The notes: generated by a model not told the origin, from the sequence alone. DNA of 64,000 bases from Kiritimatiellia bacterium (GCA_016783565.1 JADHWI010000004.1:1705-65704); one strand, 5' to 3'. Shown: positions 46,601 to 59,471, counted from the first letter of the stretch. A program made the numbers and translations.

Positions 46601-48712
46601 ATGAGTGAACAGGCAACAGGTATGATGTTGGGAGACGCGCATAGCGTTTTGGCTCACTATGGTGAAAATGTATTCAGTATTAAGACGATGCGGAACTATT
46701 TATCGGAAGCTGCTTACAGCTCTTTGTTGAACACCATCTGCTCCGGCAGCAATATTGATGAAAAGATAGCAGACGAAGTTGCGGATGCCATGAAGACATG
46801 GGCGCTTGAGAAGGGGGCGACTCATTACACGCATTGGTTTCAGCCACTGACTGGTGCGACCGCTGAGAAGCATGACTCCTTTTTCTCGCCAGATGGTGAG
46901 GGGGGAGTCGTTGCCCAGTTTTCCGGGAAAGAGCTGATCAAGGGCGAGCCTGATGCGTCCAGCTTTCCGTCGGGTGGATTGCGTGCAACGTTTGAGGCCC
47001 GTGGTTATACTGCGTGGGATCCCACCAGTCCTGCCTTTATCAAGGAAGCGGAAAGTGGATCAACGCTGTGTATTCCTACTGTCTTTGTGGGGTATCATGG
47101 TGAAGCGTTGGACAAGAAGGCACCGTTGCTTCGTTCCATGGCTGCGGTTTCCGAACAAATCTGTCGACTTGGAAAGTTGTTTGGAATCGAGGCCGAAGGC
47201 AAGCGTGCCTATGCAACGCTCGGTGCTGAGCAGGAGTATTTCCTGATTGATGAGGAATTCTATGCGGCACGACTGGATTTGCTCCAGACCGGTCGCACGC
47301 TTTTCGGTCGCAAGCCGGCAAAGCATCAGCAAATGGATGATCATTATTTTGGTTCTATTAAGACGCGTGTGATGGAGTTCATGTACGAGCTTGATCACGA
47401 GCTGTGGCGTCTTGGCGTGCCGGCCAAGACGAGGCATAACGAAGTGTGCCCGGGGCAGTTTGAACTGGCGCCGATGTTCGAGGAATTGAACCTTGCTGTG
47501 GATCACAACATGATCACCATGCAGACGATGAAGGAAGTGGCGGAACGTCACGGTTTTGTTTGTCTGCTTCATGAGAAGCCGTTTGCGGGCGTGAATGGTT
47601 CAGGCAAGCACAACAACTGGGCGGTTTGTGGTCCTGACGGAAAAAACTGGCTGACGCCAGGCGATAATCCTCATGAGAACGCGAAGTTCCTCACGATGAT
47701 TTGTGCATTGATTAAGGCCGTCGACACCCATGCTGACTTGTTGCGCGCAGCGGTGGCATCTGCAGGAAATGATCACCGTCTGGGTGCAAACGAGGCGCCT
47801 CCGGCCATTATTTCCGTGTTCCTGGGTGAGCAGCTTTCCGATGTGATCGAGCAGTTGGAAACTGGTGGAGCGACAACATCCAAAGCGGGTGGAACGCTGC
47901 AGGTTGGGGTGTCATCTTTGCCGGAATTGCCGCGCGATGCAACCGATCGTAATCGTACTTCGCCATTTGCCTTCACGGGCAACAAATTCGAATTCCGCGC
48001 CGTGGGGTCAAATCAGAGCTGTGCGGGTGCCAATATCGTATTGAACACGATCGTGGCCGAAGCGTTGGACGGAATGTGCACCAAGCTCGAAGCTGACGTG
48101 GCCGACGGTAAGGATTTCAATGAGGCCCTGCAGACCCTGTTGAGTGCTGTGGTTAAGGAACATAAGCGTGTTCTCTTTAATGGCGACAATTACACCGATG
48201 AGTGGCAGGAGGAAGCGGCGGGTCGCGGACTGCCGAACCTTAAGAAGACTCCGGAGTCTCTGGATCGTTTGCTGCAGGACAATGTGATTGAAATGTTTGG
48301 CAAGTATAATGTTCTGAGCGAGCGTGAACTCAAATCCCGCTATGAAGTGTACGCGGAAGAGTATGACACCACGATTCGCATTGAGGCAGATTGTGCCGTG
48401 ACGATTGCACGGACACAGATTGTGCCGGTTTCGGCTGAATACCAGGCTGAGTTGGTCGAAACGATTCAGGGGTTGGAGTCGGTTGGTGTGGATGCGACTG
48501 CAACGCGTGAGCTGTTGACTGAGATTGCCGGGGAAACGGCAAAAGTGTTGAATGCAATCAAGACGCTTGAAGCATCCAGTGCCGAGAGTGATGTAGTGGA
48601 GGTCCGTGAGCTCACGGAGGCGCTACGTGCCCCGGTGGATCGTTTGGAAGCATTGCTGCCGGATGAGATTTGGCCATTGCCGTCGTACGCTGAAATGATG
48701 TTTATGATGTAA
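46601..48712 (+). CDS. glnA: Glutamine synthetase type III
   Basis: [69 protein letters not shown]; AGGAG RBS. Confidence 0.97.
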   Translation: MSEQATGMMLGDAHSVLAHYGENVFSIKTMRNYLSEAAYSSLLNTICSGSNIDEKIADEVADAMKTWALEKGATHYTHWFQPLTGATAEKHDSFFSPDGEGGVVAQFSGKELIKGEPDASSFPSGGLRATFEARGYTAWDPTSPAFIKEAESGSTLCIPTVFVGYHGEALDKKAPLLRSMAAVSEQICRLGKLFGIEAEGKRAYATLGAEQEYFLIDEEFYAARLDLLQTGRTLFGRKPAKHQQMDDHYFGSIKTRVMEFMYELDHELWRLGVPAKTRHNEVCPGQFELAPMFEELNLAVDHNMITMQTMKEVAERHGFVCLLHEKPFAGVNGSGKHNNWAVCGPDGKNWLTPGDNPHENAKFLTMICALIKAVDTHADLLRAAVASAGNDHRLGANEAPPAIISVFLGEQLSDVIEQLETGGATTSKAGGTLQVGVSSLPELPRDATDRNRTSPFAFTGNKFEFRAVGSNQSCAGANIVLNTIVAEALDGMCTKLEADVADGKDFNEALQTLLSAVVKEHKRVLFNGDNYTDEWQEEAAGRGLPNLKKTPESLDRLLQDNVIEMFGKYNVLSERELKSRYEVYAEEYDTTIRIEADCAVTIARTQIVPVSAEYQAELVETIQGLESVGVDATATRELLTEIAGETAKVLNAIKTLEASSAESDVVEVRELTEALRAPVDRLEALLPDEIWPLPSYAEMMFMM

Positions 48713-48854
48713 TCATTGACACAGATCGCTTTTTCTGACAGAAGAAGCGCGCTTTGAAGGCCTGTCTCCCGTTGTGCGGAGTCAGGCCTTTGGGGCCTGT
48801 AGTGACATTTCGTCACACGTATGATATTAATAAGATCTCCAAGGAAATTGAGGA

Positions 48855-51800
48855 ATGCAATCACAGATGAGGAAGCCCAATCCATTGCGAGATGCAAGCG
48901 TGCCAAGAGGTCTTTACGATCCGAGCTATGAGCATGATGCATGCGGTGTCGGATATGTTGCCGATCTTAATGGCAAGCAGAGCCATTCGATTATTGAGAA
49001 AGGACTTGAGGTACTGGTAAACCTCACGCACCGTGGCGCAACGGGTGCTGATGCCAATACGGGGGATGGCGCGGGGATTCTCATCCAGGTTCCTGATGCA
49101 TTTTTACGCAGTGCGTGTGCCGATTTGGATATTGATTTACCTGTAGCCGGGGCCTACGGGGTCGGGATGTTCTTTCTCCCTCAGGATGATGATCAGCGGA
49201 AGCAGTGCGAGGCGTTATCCGAGCAGATTGTATCGGATGAGGGGGGTGTCTTTCTGGGATGGCGTGATGTGCCGGTGTCCGGTGAGGTACTGGGCGAACG
49301 GGCGCGCGAAGATCAGCCCGTGATACGTCAGGCTTTTATCGCGGTGCCTGGGTTGGATCAGGATGCGTTGGAACGCAAACTTTATGTCATCCGTAAGCAG
49401 ATTCAGAAGCGTGGGCTTTCTCTTGTCGGCAATGACCGCGAGGCGTTTTACGTTGCCAGTTTGTCGTCGCGTACGCTGGTGTATAAGGGATTGATGATTG
49501 CGTCGCAGGTCATGGAGTTCTACGCAGATCTGCGTGATGAACGGATGGTCAGTGCGGTGGCTGTGGTCCATCAGCGTTACAGCACCAATACGTTTCCTTC
49601 CTGGTCGTTGGCGCAGCCGTTTCGCTATCTTGCGCACAACGGTGAGATCAACACCTTGCGCGGCAACTTGCGCTGGATGCGTTCGCGGGAGCGCAATTTC
49701 AAGTCGGATTTGTTTGGTGATGATGTGTCTAAGATTGTTCCGGTGATCGAAGAAGGCGGAAGTGATTCCGCTTGTCTGGATAACGCACTGGAGTTGCTCG
49801 AGCGCGGCGGTCGGTCGTTGTGGCATGCTATGATGATGCTGGTGCCGCAGGCGTGGGGCGAGTCGTATCCCATGGGACCGGACTTGCGCGGTTTCTTTGA
49901 GTATCATGCCGGGTTGATCGAGCCCTGGGATGGGCCGGCGGCGGTCGTTTTTTCCGATGGGTTGCATGTGGGTGCCATGTTGGATCGTAACGGATTGCGT
50001 CCTGCGCGATACACGGTGACCAAGGACGGGATGGTTGTTTTTGCATCTGAGGCAGGGGTGCTGAATCTTCCGCCGGAGAGTATTGCTGAGTGCGGCGCAT
50101 TGCGCCCTGGTCAAATGATGCTTGTGGACTTGGTTGAGAAGCGCATTATTCGCGACTACGAGATCAAAATGCGCCTTGCTCGCCGGCAGCCATATCGTCG
50201 CTGGGTTGACGAAAATCAAATCTCAATTCACGGTTTCTTTAATGCCGTTGCGCCGGTCGAACCCGATTCGGCTAACTTGCTGACGTCGCAGCGTTTGTTC
50301 GGGTACTCGCGTGAGGATCAGCGTCGCCTTTTGGACGTGATGGCCTCCGAGGCCCATGAGCCGGTCGGGTCGATGGGAGCGGATCAGCCGTTGGCTGTGT
50401 TGTCTGAGAAGCCGCAGTTGATGTACTGGTATTTCAAGCAACTTTTTGCCCAGGTGACCAATCCGGCTATTGATCCGATTCGGGAAGAGTTGGTCATGTC
50501 TCTGATGACTTTCCTGGGGTCGCCGGATCAGATTCTCTCGGAGACACCGCAGTTGGCTCAACTGGTGAAATTGCGTCACCCGATTCTTTCCAATGATGAC
50601 CTGGACCGCATCCGGAATCTTGAGCACGAGCGGTTTGCCTCCCGCACGCTAACGATCGGTTTCAAGGCTGATGGCGGTGGGGCGGAGTTGGCGCGCTCGC
50701 TTGACGAGTTGTGCCGGCGTGCGGAGTCGATCGTCAACGCCGGATATCGCAACGTGATTTTGAGTGATAAAGAGTTGCTGGATGGGGAGGCCCCTATTCC
50801 TGCAGTTTTGGCTGTTGCAGCGGTGAACCAGTGGCTCATTGACAAACAGTTGCGTACGAGTATTGCCTTGATTCTGGAGACCGGGGAAGCGCGTGAGGTG
50901 ATGCACTTTGCTGTTTTACTTGGGTACGGCGCCTCGGCGGTGAACCCGTATCTGGCATTCGAGACGGTAGCGCAGATGGCGCTCAGCAAGCAGTTGTCTA
51001 AGCCGGTTGGGGTAGCGCAGGCCATTGAGAATTACGTGAAAGCTGTTTGCAAGGGTCTATTGAAGACCATGTCAAAAATGGGTATTTCCACGTTACGCAG
51101 CTATCGCAGCTCGCAGACATTCCAGATTATTGGTTTGAATCGGTCGGTGGTGGATCGTTATTTCACGGGGACTGCTTCGCAGATCGAGGGCATTGGGTTG
51201 GATGAAATTGCACAGGAAGCAGTTGCGCGTTATCGAAATGCGTATCATCAACCTGTCGGGGCGTCTGCATTGTTGCCTCATGGTGGACAGTACCAGTTTT
51301 CCGTTGATGGAGAGCGACACTTGTGGACGCCTGACACGATCCGTTTGCTTCAGTGGGCGACACGGACAAATGATACCTCTCTTTATCGACAGTACGCAGA
51401 GCTGATTAACAACCAGGAAGAGAAGCTCAGCACGCTACGTGGGTTGTTCCGATTTAAGACAGTCGAAGCTATTCCTCTTGAGGAAGTGGAGCCGGCGTCT
51501 GAGATTGTGAAGCGTTTTGTGACGGGCGCTATGTCATTCGGTTCGATTAGTCGCGAGGCTCATGAGACGCTGGCGATTGCAATGAATCGTTTGGGCGGGA
51601 TGAGCAACAGCGGCGAGGGAGGCGAGGACCCGGAGCGCTACAAACCGTTGCCCAACGGCGATAGTCGCAGCAGTGCGATCAAGCAGATTGCAAGTGGGCG
51701 CTTTGGTGTGACGGCGGAATACCTGGCCAATGGTCGAGACCTGCAGATCAAGATTTCCCAGGGAGCCAAGCCCGGCGAGGGCGGTCAATTGCCGGGTCAC

Positions 51801-53417
51801 AAGGTGAATGAGGAGATTGCACGTACACGGCACTCCACGCCCGGTGTGACGCTGATATCTCCTCCGCCGCATCATGATATCTACTCCATTGAAGATATTG
51901 CACAGCTCATTTATGACTTGAAGAATGCGAATCCACGGGCGCGCATATCGGTGAAGTTGGTGTCTGAAGTTGGTGTGGGTACGGTGGCTGCCGGCTTGGC
52001 CAAGGGGCATGCGGATATGATTCTGATTGCCGGCTATGATGGAGGCACCGGTGCCTCGCCCCTGTCGTCGATCAAGCATGCCGGCGGTCCGTGGGAATTG
52101 GGTTTGGCCGAGACGCACCAGACCCTCGTGTTGAACGGGTTGCGCAGCCGAGTGCGAGTGCAGGTGGATGGTCAGCTCAAAACAGGACGCGACGTGGTGA
52201 TCGGAGCGCTTCTGGGTGCAGAGGAATTTGGTTTTGCAACCTCGGCCCTTGTGGTGTGTGGTTGCATTATGATGCGCAAGTGCCACACCAACGGCTGTCC
52301 TGTAGGCGTGGCGACACAAGATCCGGAGTTGCGCAAGAAGTACACGGGCAAGCCCGAGCACGTGGTTAATTTCATGACGATGATTGCCGAGGAAGCGCGT
52401 GAGATTATGGCGTCATTGGGTTGTCGTACGCTGGATGAGCTCGTTGGGCGTTCGGACCTTTTGGAAGTCAATGATGCCGTTGCGTTCTGGAAAGCTAAAG
52501 GTCTGGATTTCTCCAATGTTCTTATGAGTCTGGACGCGCGGGAGGAAGAGCGCCGCTGCACGCAGGAGCAGGATCACGGATTGAGCACTTCGCTCGATTA
52601 TCAGTATCTTGATGATGCGTGCAAGGCCATGGATGCGGGTAAGCCGTTTGCAACGCGATGTGAAGTGCGCAACGTGCACCGGACTGTGGGGACCATTGTA
52701 TCCAGCGAGATTGCGCGACGCTTTGGTCAAGCAGGTCTTGCGGATGATTCAGTGTCGCTGAGTTATGTTGGTGCGGCGGGGCAGAGTTTTGGCGCTTTTG
52801 CATCAAGGGGTATGACCATGGTGTTGGAGGGTGAAGCTAATGACTACCTCGGTAAGGGGTTGTCTGGTGGTAAGATTATTGTCAAACCCTATCCTGATGC
52901 AGACTATTCGCCAGGGGAGAATATGATTGCGGGCAACGTGATTCTGTATGGGGCCACGGGTGGCGAAATATACCTCAATGGTCAGGCGGGCGAACGTTTT
53001 GCGATTCGTAATAGTGGTGCCAGGGCTGTGGTCGAAGGGGTAGGGGATCACGGCTGCGAATACATGACGGGTGGCACGGCAGTGATTCTTGGACCCACGG
53101 GTGTCAATTTTGGTGCCGGCATGAGCGGAGGCATCGCTTACGTGTATGACGAAGCCGGTACGTTTGACAATCAATGCAATCTGGATACGCTGGATCTTGA
53201 GCTTGTCAACAATGAAGAGGACGAGAACCTGTTGCGCGAACTCCTGGGAAATCATGTGCGTTATACGGGGAGTCCGAAGGCACGCAGAATGCTGGACGAC
53301 TGGGATTTGTATTTGCCGCGTTTTATTAAGGTGTTTCCCATGGAGTACAAGCGTGCCCTGGGGCAACTCAGCCGTGATGACGAAGCAACGAAGCGAGCAG
53401 AGAAGCCACACCAGTAA
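48855..53417 (+). CDS. gltB: Glutamate synthase large subunit
   Basis: HDA/CGVG Ntn Cys; HQRYSTNT; GAMSFGS; GAKPGEGGQL; CIMMRKCHTNGC [3Fe-4S]; GXGXG domain. Confidence 0.98.
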   Translation: MQSQMRKPNPLRDASVPRGLYDPSYEHDACGVGYVADLNGKQSHSIIEKGLEVLVNLTHRGATGADANTGDGAGILIQVPDAFLRSACADLDIDLPVAGAYGVGMFFLPQDDDQRKQCEALSEQIVSDEGGVFLGWRDVPVSGEVLGERAREDQPVIRQAFIAVPGLDQDALERKLYVIRKQIQKRGLSLVGNDREAFYVASLSSRTLVYKGLMIASQVMEFYADLRDERMVSAVAVVHQRYSTNTFPSWSLAQPFRYLAHNGEINTLRGNLRWMRSRERNFKSDLFGDDVSKIVPVIEEGGSDSACLDNALELLERGGRSLWHAMMMLVPQAWGESYPMGPDLRGFFEYHAGLIEPWDGPAAVVFSDGLHVGAMLDRNGLRPARYTVTKDGMVVFASEAGVLNLPPESIAECGALRPGQMMLVDLVEKRIIRDYEIKMRLARRQPYRRWVDENQISIHGFFNAVAPVEPDSANLLTSQRLFGYSREDQRRLLDVMASEAHEPVGSMGADQPLAVLSEKPQLMYWYFKQLFAQVTNPAIDPIREELVMSLMTFLGSPDQILSETPQLAQLVKLRHPILSNDDLDRIRNLEHERFASRTLTIGFKADGGGAELARSLDELCRRAESIVNAGYRNVILSDKELLDGEAPIPAVLAVAAVNQWLIDKQLRTSIALILETGEAREVMHFAVLLGYGASAVNPYLAFETVAQMALSKQLSKPVGVAQAIENYVKAVCKGLLKTMSKMGISTLRSYRSSQTFQIIGLNRSVVDRYFTGTASQIEGIGLDEIAQEAVARYRNAYHQPVGASALLPHGGQYQFSVDGERHLWTPDTIRLLQWATRTNDTSLYRQYAELINNQEEKLSTLRGLFRFKTVEAIPLEEVEPASEIVKRFVTGAMSFGSISREAHETLAIAMNRLGGMSNSGEGGEDPERYKPLPNGDSRSSAIKQIASGRFGVTAEYLANGRDLQIKISQGAKPGEGGQLPGHKVNEEIARTRHSTPGVTLISPPPHHDIYSIEDIAQLIYDLKNANPRARISVKLVSEVGVGTVAAGLAKGHADMILIAGYDGGTGASPLSSIKHAGGPWELGLAETHQTLVLNGLRSRVRVQVDGQLKTGRDVVIGALLGAEEFGFATSALVVCGCIMMRKCHTNGCPVGVATQDPELRKKYTGKPEHVVNFMTMIAEEAREIMASLGCRTLDELVGRSDLLEVNDAVAFWKAKGLDFSNVLMSLDAREEERRCTQEQDHGLSTSLDYQYLDDACKAMDAGKPFATRCEVRNVHRTVGTIVSSEIARRFGQAGLADDSVSLSYVGAAGQSFGAFASRGMTMVLEGEANDYLGKGLSGGKIIVKPYPDADYSPGENMIAGNVILYGATGGEIYLNGQAGERFAIRNSGARAVVEGVGDHGCEYMTGGTAVILGPTGVNFGAGMSGGIAYVYDEAGTFDNQCNLDTLDLELVNNEEDENLLRELLGNHVRYTGSPKARRMLDDWDLYLPRFIKVFPMEYKRALGQLSRDDEATKRAEKPHQ

Positions 53418-53470
53418 GGGTGATGATGTGATGTGGAGTAGGATAGACGGTTACGTTACGGAGAGGCAAG

Positions 53471-54925
53471 ATGCGGCATAGAGAACGCGGATTTATGGAG
53501 GTAGCCCGGAAAGATCCGGGGTACCGGTCTAAGGGCGAGCGGATCAAGGATTACAAAGCGGTGGAGCTGCAGCTTCCGGACGCTGAACTGCGTGAGCAGG
53601 CGGCACGGTGCATGGATTGCGGGATACCTTTTTGTCAGAGTGCACATTCATTGGTCGGGTGCCCTGTGACGAATGTAATTCCCGAATTTAACGACCAGGT
53701 TTATCACGAGAAGTGGCGTGATGCGCTGGCGTTGCTTCTTGAGGGAAGTTGCTTTCCTGAGTTTACGGGGCGCATCTGTCCGGCACCATGTGAGGCGTCC
53801 TGCGTAGTGGGGATCAATCGCGAACCCGTGTCGATCCGGCAGATAGAGTTGACGATTATCGAGCACGGTTTTTCCCGGGGATACATGCAGCCGCGCATTC
53901 CTGAGTCCCGGCGTGATGGTCGGGTGGCTGTGGTGGGCTCGGGGCCTGCGGGGTTGGTCGCGGCACAGATGTTGAATCAGGTAGGATTTAACGTGGTGGT
54001 CTATGAAATCGATAAGTATCCCGGGGGCATGCTGCGTTACGGGATTCCTGATTTCAAGCTTGAGAAATGGGTTGTGGAACGTCGCATTGAGTTGATGGAA
54101 GCGGAAGGCGTGGTCTTTGAGACCGGTGTCGAGGTTGGCGTTGATGTGTCCTACCATTTTCTTAAACAGCGTTTCGATGCGGTCATCCTGGCGGGTGGTG
54201 CGCGCAAGCCACGTGATCTTGATGTGGAAGGTCGCGATCTGGATGGCATTCATTTCGCGATGGATTTTCTCATGCAACAGAACCGGAGAAACGGGGGCGA
54301 AGATGTTTCGCAGGAGGCCCAACTCAGTGCTGCCGGAAAGCGGGTTGTGGTGATCGGTGGAGGGGATACCGGATCTGATTGTGTGGGGACTTCCATTCGA
54401 CAGGGTGCTGCCAGCGTCATGCAGTTTGAGATTCTGCCCAAGCCACCTCCGGAGCGGCCGGATTCGACTCCGTGGCCGTTGTGGCCGAACAAGATGCGTG
54501 AGTCCAGCAGCCATTTGGAAGGTTGCGAACGACGTTGGTCTGTTTCGACTCACACGTTTCGTGGCGAAGATGGGCATGTAAGTGGCTTGGCATGTGGTGG
54601 GGTGGAATGGGTTTTCCCGGAAGGCGCCTGGCGACCCTCTCCTGAGCATGTTGAAGGGTCGGATTTCTCTGTGGATGCTGATCTGGTTTTGCTTGCGATG
54701 GGATTTGTCGGCCCGGGGCATGAGGCGTTGACGGATAGTCTGGGTGCAGAAATCAATGAGCGCGGCTTTATCCAGTGCGATGAGAATAACATGACTACCG
54801 TGCCGGGTGTGTTCGTGGCTGGTGATATGGCTGAAGGGCCATCTCTGGTTGTTCGAGCCATGCAGGATGGTAAGCGCGCGGCCCTGGGCGCACAGCGTTA
54901 CATTGAGGCAAAGGCGTCCGCTTGA
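53471..54925 (+). CDS. gltD: Glutamate synthase small subunit
   Basis: RCMDCGIPFC, GRICPAPCE, GSGPAG, GGGDTGSDC motifs. Confidence 0.97.
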   Translation: MRHRERGFMEVARKDPGYRSKGERIKDYKAVELQLPDAELREQAARCMDCGIPFCQSAHSLVGCPVTNVIPEFNDQVYHEKWRDALALLLEGSCFPEFTGRICPAPCEASCVVGINREPVSIRQIELTIIEHGFSRGYMQPRIPESRRDGRVAVVGSGPAGLVAAQMLNQVGFNVVVYEIDKYPGGMLRYGIPDFKLEKWVVERRIELMEAEGVVFETGVEVGVDVSYHFLKQRFDAVILAGGARKPRDLDVEGRDLDGIHFAMDFLMQQNRRNGGEDVSQEAQLSAAGKRVVVIGGGDTGSDCVGTSIRQGAASVMQFEILPKPPPERPDSTPWPLWPNKMRESSSHLEGCERRWSVSTHTFRGEDGHVSGLACGGVEWVFPEGAWRPSPEHVEGSDFSVDADLVLLAMGFVGPGHEALTDSLGAEINERGFIQCDENNMTTVPGVFVAGDMAEGPSLVVRAMQDGKRAALGAQRYIEAKASA

Positions 54926-54978
54926 TTCAGGGCGTTTCCCGCTTGTTTTTTGTATCAATCCACAGTTAACAACGGGTC

Positions 54979-57636
54979 CTATTTCTGTGCCGGGATTCCG
55001 GGTGTCTGTGCACGTTCATCGCTGATAAAACAATCTACTTTCTGTTCGATTGCGTTGGCGGTGAGTGTCACAAAGCGATTTGAAGGCGACAGGGACGAGG
55101 CATCGAACACACGCACTGTATCCTGCCATTTTTCGGAACCGGGAACCAGTTCCGTCAGACGCGATGACGCGGACAGGAACATGTCTTCGTTCAGGTAGCT
55201 GTTATCTTCCGATGGGAAGAGGGCCAGATAGAGCATATCCATTTCGACGAGCTCGTTGAGAAAATGCGTTCCCAGTGAAACATCGGGGATGAGATCTTCT
55301 CGCATGGATACGATTTCGCAGAGTATCGAGACACCATTGATGTCGGAGTATGCTACAGGGATGCCCAGCGAGGGACTGCTGGTGCCCCATCGACCGGGTC
55401 CGAGCAGGACTGTGACCGCTTCGTCTTTCTGTGTTTTAAGCGCTCGGTTTATGTCTCCGAGAAGGCGTGCGACTTCATATCGATCCCGGACAGGGAGCGC
55501 ACCGTAAAGCTTTGGCACGACATAAATGAAGGTGTCGACGTTTACGATGCGGCTTTGACCGATAACTGCGCTGCGCGCACCGATGATGCGATCTTCGTCT
55601 CGGACTTCGATGTTTGGCATCTCGATGACTTCTGCACCTTGTACCTGCAGGGGGCGACATTGAACCAGGTTGATCCGGTATTGATCGTCCTCGTCGATGT
55701 TGGTGGTAAATTCGATGTCCACCGGATAGTTATAGGCCTCGTGCAGGGTCTGCATCATGGTGCGCATGGTGTCTACAAAATCGGTGTTCATGAGTAGTTT
55801 GTCGAAAGAGACGATGCGTGGTTCGCTGACCGTCCGTCCGTGAGACCGAAGTTCGCGAGCACGTCTCGCGCTTTCTGCATCTACCGAGGATACGAGGTCG
55901 ATGGGTAAGTCCGCGCAGTCCGAGAGTAGTGTGTGCGCAGAGCCGGATGCCAGGTGGTTTGCCTCCATATCAATGAAGTCGACGCGACGCTGTGCATATT
56001 GGCGCACTTCGTCAAAGCTGTGTTCTGGTCGCCGGGAAGGGGCATTGAGGGCGACTAAACGCGTGTAGTCATCGTCTGAGCGGTCCACGGCGCGCGTTCC
56101 GAGTCCGAAGACCAATCGGATGACGCCGGCTTCGGGGTCGATATCTTTGCTCCATACGTAGGGGTTAAAGGAGAATCCGACGCCCGCGATGGGTGGGTAG
56201 AACTGTTTGCCGTAGGCCTTTCCGGAAACGCGCATGACCAACAGTCCCATTTGCTCGTCTTTGTCGAGCATGTCGCGACGTGCTCGATAGCGAAGCGCGC
56301 GCTCGCTCATAGAACTGGCGTAGATCGTTCGAACCGCCGCAAGGAAGTCTTCAAGACGTTGCGTGCGGGGGCCTTGGTTGGCGCAGAAGACGCTTTCATA
56401 TTTTCCTGCAAATGCGTTGCCAAAGTTATCTTCGAGCAGGGAACTGGAGCGAACAATGAAAGGCGATTGTCCGAAGTAGTCGACCATTTCCTGAAATTGG
56501 CGAATGGTGTGCTCGGGGAATTTTCCGGTGATGATCAGGCGTCTGGCTCGTGTGGCATGTTCATAGAAATCTTCCGTGTCGCGTTGCTGCTGGCGGGTGG
56601 ACCAGATGCCATTGCGCACCAGGTACGTATAAAAGACATCGGAACCAATGAAAAACGAGTCATGCGGTTCAAGACGTTCTCGAAGGGCTTGGGACGACCG
56701 TTTTAGAATCGCGCGTGCGAGCAGCATGCCAACAGCCTTGCCTCCGATGAGGCCTGTTCCGATCATGCGACGGCGGACATCCAGTACATCTTCCAGTGAC
56801 AGGTATTTCTTTGCAAGATCCTGCATGGTTGTGTCGCGTGTAATGACCATCGGCAGGAGTCGGTCAAAAGATTCGTTTTCGTCTTCGGCAGGTCGCAGGC
56901 CGGTGCGGACCTCGTGCAGGACCTCTTGTGCCTCAATAAAATTTGTTTCCCAGAAACCTGGGCGACGATCTGAGTGCAGTCCGGACCATTTCGCAGATGT
57001 CAGGATTTCGGAGATGGTGAGGCTATCGCTGACGGGAATGACTTTATCGCCGTCCCAGCGATGCAGCATGTTCATTGTGGCGGAATAGCGGTGTTGAACT
57101 TTCAGGGGGCGAATGAACCGATATCCATGATGGTGATAGACGTCCAGGAAGATCTGGGTGGTTTCGGTGATCGGGTCTATGGCATGCGATGAATGGTGAT
57201 TTCGGAATAGACCGAAGTAGGCAAGGGTTTCCAGATCGAACAGGTAGGGGCAGGTTAGCTTGAAAAAGTTTCCCAACATCTGGTCGGAGTACCAGCAGTT
57301 GGCCAGAAGTGATAGGCAGTCAAATATGTGACAGGCGCCTCGGCCGGCCTCACGAATGGCCTGGTGGATATGACCGACGAATGTCTCAAAACCTTCATTG
57401 GGGTCCAGGTGGTAGACTTGTGCCGGAGTGTCCTCTGGCAGTAGTGCGGGGTGATCTGCAAATTGGAAATAGACGAGGGGGAGAGAGGTTCGTATGGCAT
57501 AGTCGGCATAAGGGGTGACGAGGGCCTGATAATCCTCGTAGCTGTCGACCGCCCATACTACGTTGTCGCCGGGTAAGATGCCGCGAAGAATTTTGTCCAG
57601 ACCGGGGAGCCCTGTTGAGAAATTTGAATCTTTCAT
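54979..57636 (-). CDS. PEP/pyruvate-binding (PPDK_N ATP-grasp) domain protein of unknown function, gdhA-associated
   Basis: IGGKAVG, IVRSSSLLED.FG.AFAGKYES, FGLGTRAV, DIEF, LVQCRP; C-terminal GPGRWG and SLGTHF; N-terminal STGLPGLDKIL. Confidence 0.85.
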   Translation of the reverse strand: MKDSNFSTGLPGLDKILRGILPGDNVVWAVDSYEDYQALVTPYADYAIRTSLPLVYFQFADHPALLPEDTPAQVYHLDPNEGFETFVGHIHQAIREAGRGACHIFDCLSLLANCWYSDQMLGNFFKLTCPYLFDLETLAYFGLFRNHHSSHAIDPITETTQIFLDVYHHHGYRFIRPLKVQHRYSATMNMLHRWDGDKVIPVSDSLTISEILTSAKWSGLHSDRRPGFWETNFIEAQEVLHEVRTGLRPAEDENESFDRLLPMVITRDTTMQDLAKKYLSLEDVLDVRRRMIGTGLIGGKAVGMLLARAILKRSSQALRERLEPHDSFFIGSDVFYTYLVRNGIWSTRQQQRDTEDFYEHATRARRLIITGKFPEHTIRQFQEMVDYFGQSPFIVRSSSLLEDNFGNAFAGKYESVFCANQGPRTQRLEDFLAAVRTIYASSMSERALRYRARRDMLDKDEQMGLLVMRVSGKAYGKQFYPPIAGVGFSFNPYVWSKDIDPEAGVIRLVFGLGTRAVDRSDDDYTRLVALNAPSRRPEHSFDEVRQYAQRRVDFIDMEANHLASGSAHTLLSDCADLPIDLVSSVDAESARRARELRSHGRTVSEPRIVSFDKLLMNTDFVDTMRTMMQTLHEAYNYPVDIEFTTNIDEDDQYRINLVQCRPLQVQGAEVIEMPNIEVRDEDRIIGARSAVIGQSRIVNVDTFIYVVPKLYGALPVRDRYEVARLLGDINRALKTQKDEAVTVLLGPGRWGTSSPSLGIPVAYSDINGVSILCEIVSMREDLIPDVSLGTHFLNELVEMDMLYLALFPSEDNSYLNEDMFLSASSRLTELVPGSEKWQDTVRVFDASSLSPSNRFVTLTANAIEQKVDCFISDERAQTPGIPAQK

Positions 57637-57723
57637 CAGTAATGATCCTTTCTATTGCTCTAGTCTTATCCTGTAGGAAATGAAGATGCAATCTGAACTT
57701 ACGCAAGCAATCGGATATTGCAG

Positions 57724-57759
57724 AAAAAAAGCGACCCTGCGCAAGGGCAGGGTCGCTTT
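57724..57759 (-). terminator. Rho-independent terminator of gdhA
   Basis: GCGACCCTGC-GCAAGG-GCAGGGTCGC perfect 10-bp stem; the adjacent A7 gives U7 on the minus strand. Confidence 0.85.
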
Positions 57760-57785
57760 CGTATTTCGCATTAAATGCGTTGAGC

Positions 57786-59282
<1,497 letters not shown>

Positions 59283-59287
59283 TTAAG

Positions 59288-59307
59288 ATACGGCAATATT
59301 GCCGTAT
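59288..59307. promoter_or_regulatory. Perfect 20-bp palindrome in the divergent gdhA/nrpR promoter region (candidate NrpR operator)
   Basis: ATACGGCAATATTGCCGTAT is its own reverse complement. Confidence 0.6.
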
Positions 59308-59471
59308 TGTTGCAGGTGTTTTTTTTGTGTTTGTCTATTGTTTCTTGGAGCTTATAACGTTGTTGTGGTCTCAGATTCACATAGATGATTTATTACGCAT
59401 TTAGGTCTATGCCGTATAGTCTGCGAAGAATAGGGCATAATATGGGATAGATTATTGAGGAGTTTTTTTTC

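Noticed and set aside
48802-48816. GTGAC-N5-GTCAC palindrome upstream of gltB
   Set aside because: Arms are only 5 bp and I noticed no second copy in the other nitrogen promoters; it could be chance.
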